From assembly GCA_047285805.1 (NCBI GenBank), contig JBJBCN010000002.1:768001-832000 (forward strand): DNA of 64,000 nt. Direction: 5' to 3'. The DNA comes from Synechococcus sp. Its GTDB lineage: Bacteria > Cyanobacteriota > Cyanobacteriia > PCC-6307 > Cyanobiaceae. The translations under genes were made by a program, and so were the position numbers. Under the pieces are notes generated by a model that was not told the DNA's origin, ran no database searches, and saw only the letters and a list, made by a program, of their open reading frames with translations. Positions 60,781 through 64,000 of the stretch are shown piece by piece. Position 1 is the stretch's first letter; every line of letters begins with the position of its first letter.

Positions 60781-60856
60781 GCCTGCTTCCCGCCTAATCT
60801 TGGGCACAACTGGCGGACACGGTCCTCCCATCTCGGTTGCTCCTCAGACCAGTCCC

Positions 60857-61168
60857 ATGGAGCGCCCTCGGCGCTCGAACCCACCAGCTCCTCTCTCGTT
60901 TGAGATTCGAGGGGCGGTGGGTTCTTCTGTGTCTGCGCAACCGCGCTGGGACCTCATCAACAGCGCCGCAGTTATCGCCCAGTCGCGGCGGATCTACTTC
61001 CAATTCCTGGAGCGCTCACCCTCAACGCTGGAGCCCCAGGGGATCGTGCTGAGTCCAGGCCAGGGTCGGGTGGTTTTTGAACTGCCGGTGCTCTTGCCCG
61101 ACGAGCAGTTGATCCCGCTCGATTGGGTGCGAGCCCGCCCCTCCCGCTCGCCCTACCGCGGCTCCTAA
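60857..61168 (+). CDS. Conserved hypothetical protein
   Basis: [10 protein letters not shown]...[20 protein letters not shown] overlap with pilD. Confidence 0.7.
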   Translation: MERPRRSNPPAPLSFEIRGAVGSSVSAQPRWDLINSAAVIAQSRRIYFQFLERSPSTLEPQGIVLSPGQGRVVFELPVLLPDEQLIPLDWVRARPSRSPYRGS

Positions 61169-62001
61169 TGCCTCCCGCCACGCTGCTGCTGTTGATCACC
61201 GCCCTCGGGCTCTGCGTGGGCAGTTTTCTGAACGTGGTCGCTTGGCGCTACCCCCGCCAGGAATCCGTGGTGCGTCCAGGCAGCCATTGCCCCCATTGCG
61301 GCACGCGACTGGCCTGGAGCGAGAACATACCTGTCCTGAGCTGGTTGCTGTTGCGCGGCCGGTGTCGCCATTGCCAGAGCCCCATCAGCCTCCGTTACCC
61401 CGCAGTGGAACTGATCTGCGGGGGCCTATTCCTAGCCGCCGCCCTTGGCCATCCCGAAGCCCTAGGCCAGGCCCCAGAGATTCTCTACGTGGTGGCGGGC
61501 TGGTGTCTGGTGACCCTGCTGGTGCCCCTGCTGCTGATTGATCTGGACCAGCTCTGGTTGCCAGAGCCCCTCTGCCGCACCGGCGTCCTGCTGGGCTTGG
61601 TCTTCACGCTGCTGGCGGTCTTCAGCCAAAGCGGTGGCCCCGAGCCCCAGCTCCTGCTATGGCACCTGCTCGCAGCCAGTGCCGGTCTGCTGGGATTCGA
61701 AGCCACCAGCGCTGCAGGCCAAGCGGTCCTAGGCAAACCGGCCCTGGGCTTAGGTGATGCCAAATTGGCCGCCCTCTTGGGGGCCTGGCTGGGGCTGACG
61801 GGACTGGGGCTGACTGTTGTCCTGGCCGTCTTCACTGGTGCTTTCTTTGGCGTCCTCGGTCTGCTGACGGGCCGACTGAAGCGGGGGCAACTCTTCCCGT
61901 TTGGCCCCTTCCTGGCGGCCGCTGGACTAGCGGTCTGGATGGTGGGAAACAGCTTCTGGCTGCAACAGCTCAGCGGGCACTTGGGCTGGAGCGCCCTTTA
62001 A
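61168..62001 (+). CDS. pilD: Prepilin peptidase (A24)
   Basis: GSFLNVV, CPHC, CRHC, IDLD, GLGDAKL, PFGPFL. Confidence 0.94.
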   Translation: MPPATLLLLITALGLCVGSFLNVVAWRYPRQESVVRPGSHCPHCGTRLAWSENIPVLSWLLLRGRCRHCQSPISLRYPAVELICGGLFLAAALGHPEALGQAPEILYVVAGWCLVTLLVPLLLIDLDQLWLPEPLCRTGVLLGLVFTLLAVFSQSGGPEPQLLLWHLLAASAGLLGFEATSAAGQAVLGKPALGLGDAKLAALLGAWLGLTGLGLTVVLAVFTGAFFGVLGLLTGRLKRGQLFPFGPFLAAAGLAVWMVGNSFWLQQLSGHLGWSAL

Positions 62002-62035
62002 TAGTCTGATCTGACCACCGGAGACCGCTTTCACC

Positions 62036-62911
62036 ATGTCGCTATTCGACTGGTTTGCCGATCGCCGCAAGACCGCTCCTGCCGTGCGCAATGCCCAGGA
62101 GGTCAACGAGGATGACGGCCTCTGGAGCAAATGCCCCGAGTGCGGCCTGGTGGTTTACCGCAAGGATCTCGCCGCCAACGCCAGTGTCTGCAGCGGCTGC
62201 GGCTATCACCACAGGATCTTCAGCGAAGAGCGCATTCGCCTGATCGTTGACGAGGGCAGCTTTGAGGTGCTCGACACAGAGCTCTGCCCAACCGATCCCC
62301 TCGCCTTCAAGGATCGCCGCAGTTACGCCGATCGCATTCGCGACAACCAACGCTCCACCGGCCTGAAGGACAGTGTCATCACCGGGATGTGCACGGTTGA
62401 GGGCATCCCGATGGCCCTGGGTGTAATGGATTTTCGCTTCATGGGCGGCTCCATGGGCTCGGTAGTGGGCGAGAAGCTTGCCCGACTCATCGAGACGGCC
62501 ACCTCCAAGCGCGCTCCGGTGCTGATCGTCTGTGCCTCCGGTGGCGCCCGCATGCAAGAAGGGATGCTCTCGCTGATGCAGATGGCGAAGATCTCCGGCG
62601 CCCTCGAGCGACATCGCCAGGCGGGGCTTCTCTATCTACCGCTTCTGACCCACCCCACCACCGGGGGAGTCACCGCCAGCTTCGCCATGCTTGGCGACCT
62701 GATTCTGGCGGAACCAAAAGCCCTGATTGGCTTCGCCGGTCGTCGCGTGATCGAGCAGACCTTGCGGGAGAAGCTCCCCGACGACTTCCAAACCGCGGAA
62801 TACCTCCAGGACCACGGCTTCGTCGATCACATCGTGCCCCGCACCAAGCTCCGCAGCACCCTGACCAGCCTTCTGACGATGCACGGCTACAGCAAAGCCG
62901 TGGCCGCGTGA
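62036..62911 (+). CDS. accD: Acetyl-CoA carboxylase carboxyltransferase beta
   Basis: C4 zinc finger, [22 protein letters not shown]. Confidence 0.98.
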   Translation: MSLFDWFADRRKTAPAVRNAQEVNEDDGLWSKCPECGLVVYRKDLAANASVCSGCGYHHRIFSEERIRLIVDEGSFEVLDTELCPTDPLAFKDRRSYADRIRDNQRSTGLKDSVITGMCTVEGIPMALGVMDFRFMGGSMGSVVGEKLARLIETATSKRAPVLIVCASGGARMQEGMLSLMQMAKISGALERHRQAGLLYLPLLTHPTTGGVTASFAMLGDLILAEPKALIGFAGRRVIEQTLREKLPDDFQTAEYLQDHGFVDHIVPRTKLRSTLTSLLTMHGYSKAVAA

Positions 62912-63327
62912 GACGGACATTGCGCGCCTGCTGCGCCCTCCTGCTCGGAATGCTCCTTCTGGGCGACCTTCCCCATCCAGCCCAGGCGGGTCCAGTGGAT
63001 TGGCAAGAGGTCCCCACCACCAGCGAAGGGCAGCAGTGGTGGGATCAAGGCAGCCTTCGCCTGAACAAAAGCGGGAACCTGACCGTCCTCAGTCGCTTCC
63101 AGCCACCGACCCCAGAGGCCGATACCGATGGAAAGGAGCCCCGCCGCGGAGCCAGCAGCCTCTACGTGATGGAGCTGGACTGCGGCCAGCGGCTCTACCG
63201 GGACACCTCCATCAATGGACTGCCCCAATGGGGAAGCCAATGGCAGGCCTCCGCCAATGACGGGTTAATCGAAGCCACCATCGAAGCGGTCTGCACCGCC
63301 GGAGGGGAGCTCCTGGCAGGCTCATAA
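62908..63327 (+). CDS. Secreted hypothetical protein
   Basis: Signal peptide ending [23 protein letters not shown]. Confidence 0.75.
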   Translation: MRRTLRACCALLLGMLLLGDLPHPAQAGPVDWQEVPTTSEGQQWWDQGSLRLNKSGNLTVLSRFQPPTPEADTDGKEPRRGASSLYVMELDCGQRLYRDTSINGLPQWGSQWQASANDGLIEATIEAVCTAGGELLAGS

Positions 63328-63345
63328 CACCACTGCCAAACCTCC

Positions 63346-64000
63346 GTGACGGGATCCAGCACCCACCAACGTCCCTTGGGGGTCGCCCTTATTGGTTTGG
63401 GGTTCGGCGAAAAGGTTCACCTGCCCGCCCTGCGGGATTGCCCCCTGACCGAACCGGTGGCCCTCTGGCATCACCGCAACGAACGCCTCGAACAGGCCTG
63501 CAGCGCCCACGGGCTACCGGGCTTCACTGATTTCGACGCCCTCCTGGCGGATCCACGGGTGGATGCGATGGTGATTGCCACCCCCCCGGAACCCCGCTTC
63601 GCCCTCGCCCAGGCGGCCATCGCCGCCGGCAAACACCTGCTGCTGGAGAAACCCGTCGCCCTGGAGCCCGCCCAGGTGGAGAGCCTGCAGCGCCAGGCCC
63701 TCCAGGCCGGTGTGAGCGTGGCAGTGGACTTCGAGTACCGCGGTGTCCCGGAATTTCAGCAATGCGCAGCGCTCCTGCAAGACGGAGCCGTGGGCACCCC
63801 CTGGCTGGTGAAACTCGATTGGCTGATGGGCAGCCGCGCCGATGCCAGACGCCCCTGGAACTGGTATTCCCAGCGGGCCGCCGGTGGGGGCGTTCTCGGA
63901 TCCCTCGGCACCCATGCATTCGACACACTGCACTGGCTGGTGGGACCCACCCTCAACCTGAGTGCCCAGCGCAGCATGGCCATCCCCCAGCGTCCTTTGG
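63346..64000 (+). CDS. Gfo/Idh/MocA oxidoreductase (3' end truncated by window edge), not in ORF track
   Basis: GVALIGLGFGEKVHLPAL, IATPP, HLLLEKPVAL, GTHAFD. Confidence 0.93.
   Translation, partial: MTGSSTHQRPLGVALIGLGFGEKVHLPALRDCPLTEPVALWHHRNERLEQACSAHGLPGFTDFDALLADPRVDAMVIATPPEPRFALAQAAIAAGKHLLLEKPVALEPAQVESLQRQALQAGVSVAVDFEYRGVPEFQQCAALLQDGAVGTPWLVKLDWLMGSRADARRPWNWYSQRAAGGGVLGSLGTHAFDTLHWLVGPTLNLSAQRSMAIPQRPL

Noticed and set aside
55156..60831. Long antisense ORFs (55156-56400, 57723-58556, 58938-59879, 59656-60831)
   Set aside because: Shadow frames of high-GC core genes with no motifs

Overview
High-GC chromosomal segment of an alpha-picocyanobacterium (Synechococcus/Cyanobium type). 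The assignment rests on petN, psb29, ftsH2, a ycf55-like gene and a proteobacterial-type phosphoribulokinase. Most of the window is conserved core: ftsH, clpP, cofH, clpS, purK with 6S RNA, recQ, aroB, nadA, class I aldolase, hisA, fumC, ruvX, proB, lpxD, leuB, prk, pilD and accD. It also holds a ligase-associated DNA-damage-response set (exonuclease-ligase-Lhr helicase, with pdeM about 6.7 kb away). Two accessory regions (about 8.95-16.57 kb and 34.8-40.9 kb) are patchily AT-richer and full of small ORFs and decayed genes: two DUF1651 pseudogenes (one behind a perfect LexA box), a Nif11-leader pseudogene, a VOC enzyme with an internal TAG and a start-less lipoprotein. The best candidate for something undescribed is a cluster of putative small RNAs at 11.9-14.3 kb. 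Three share the layout hairpin-AGGGAGA-terminator and a fourth can fold as a pseudoknot. Also notable are an in-frame fusion of a Trp-rich TIGR02450-like ORF to hisA behind a Coq4-like gene, and an unannotated CxxC micro-ORF ahead of a PRTase/nucleoside-deoxyribosyltransferase pair. No CRISPR, tRNA, rRNA, integrase or transposase was seen. All family names come from recalled motifs, not database searches.
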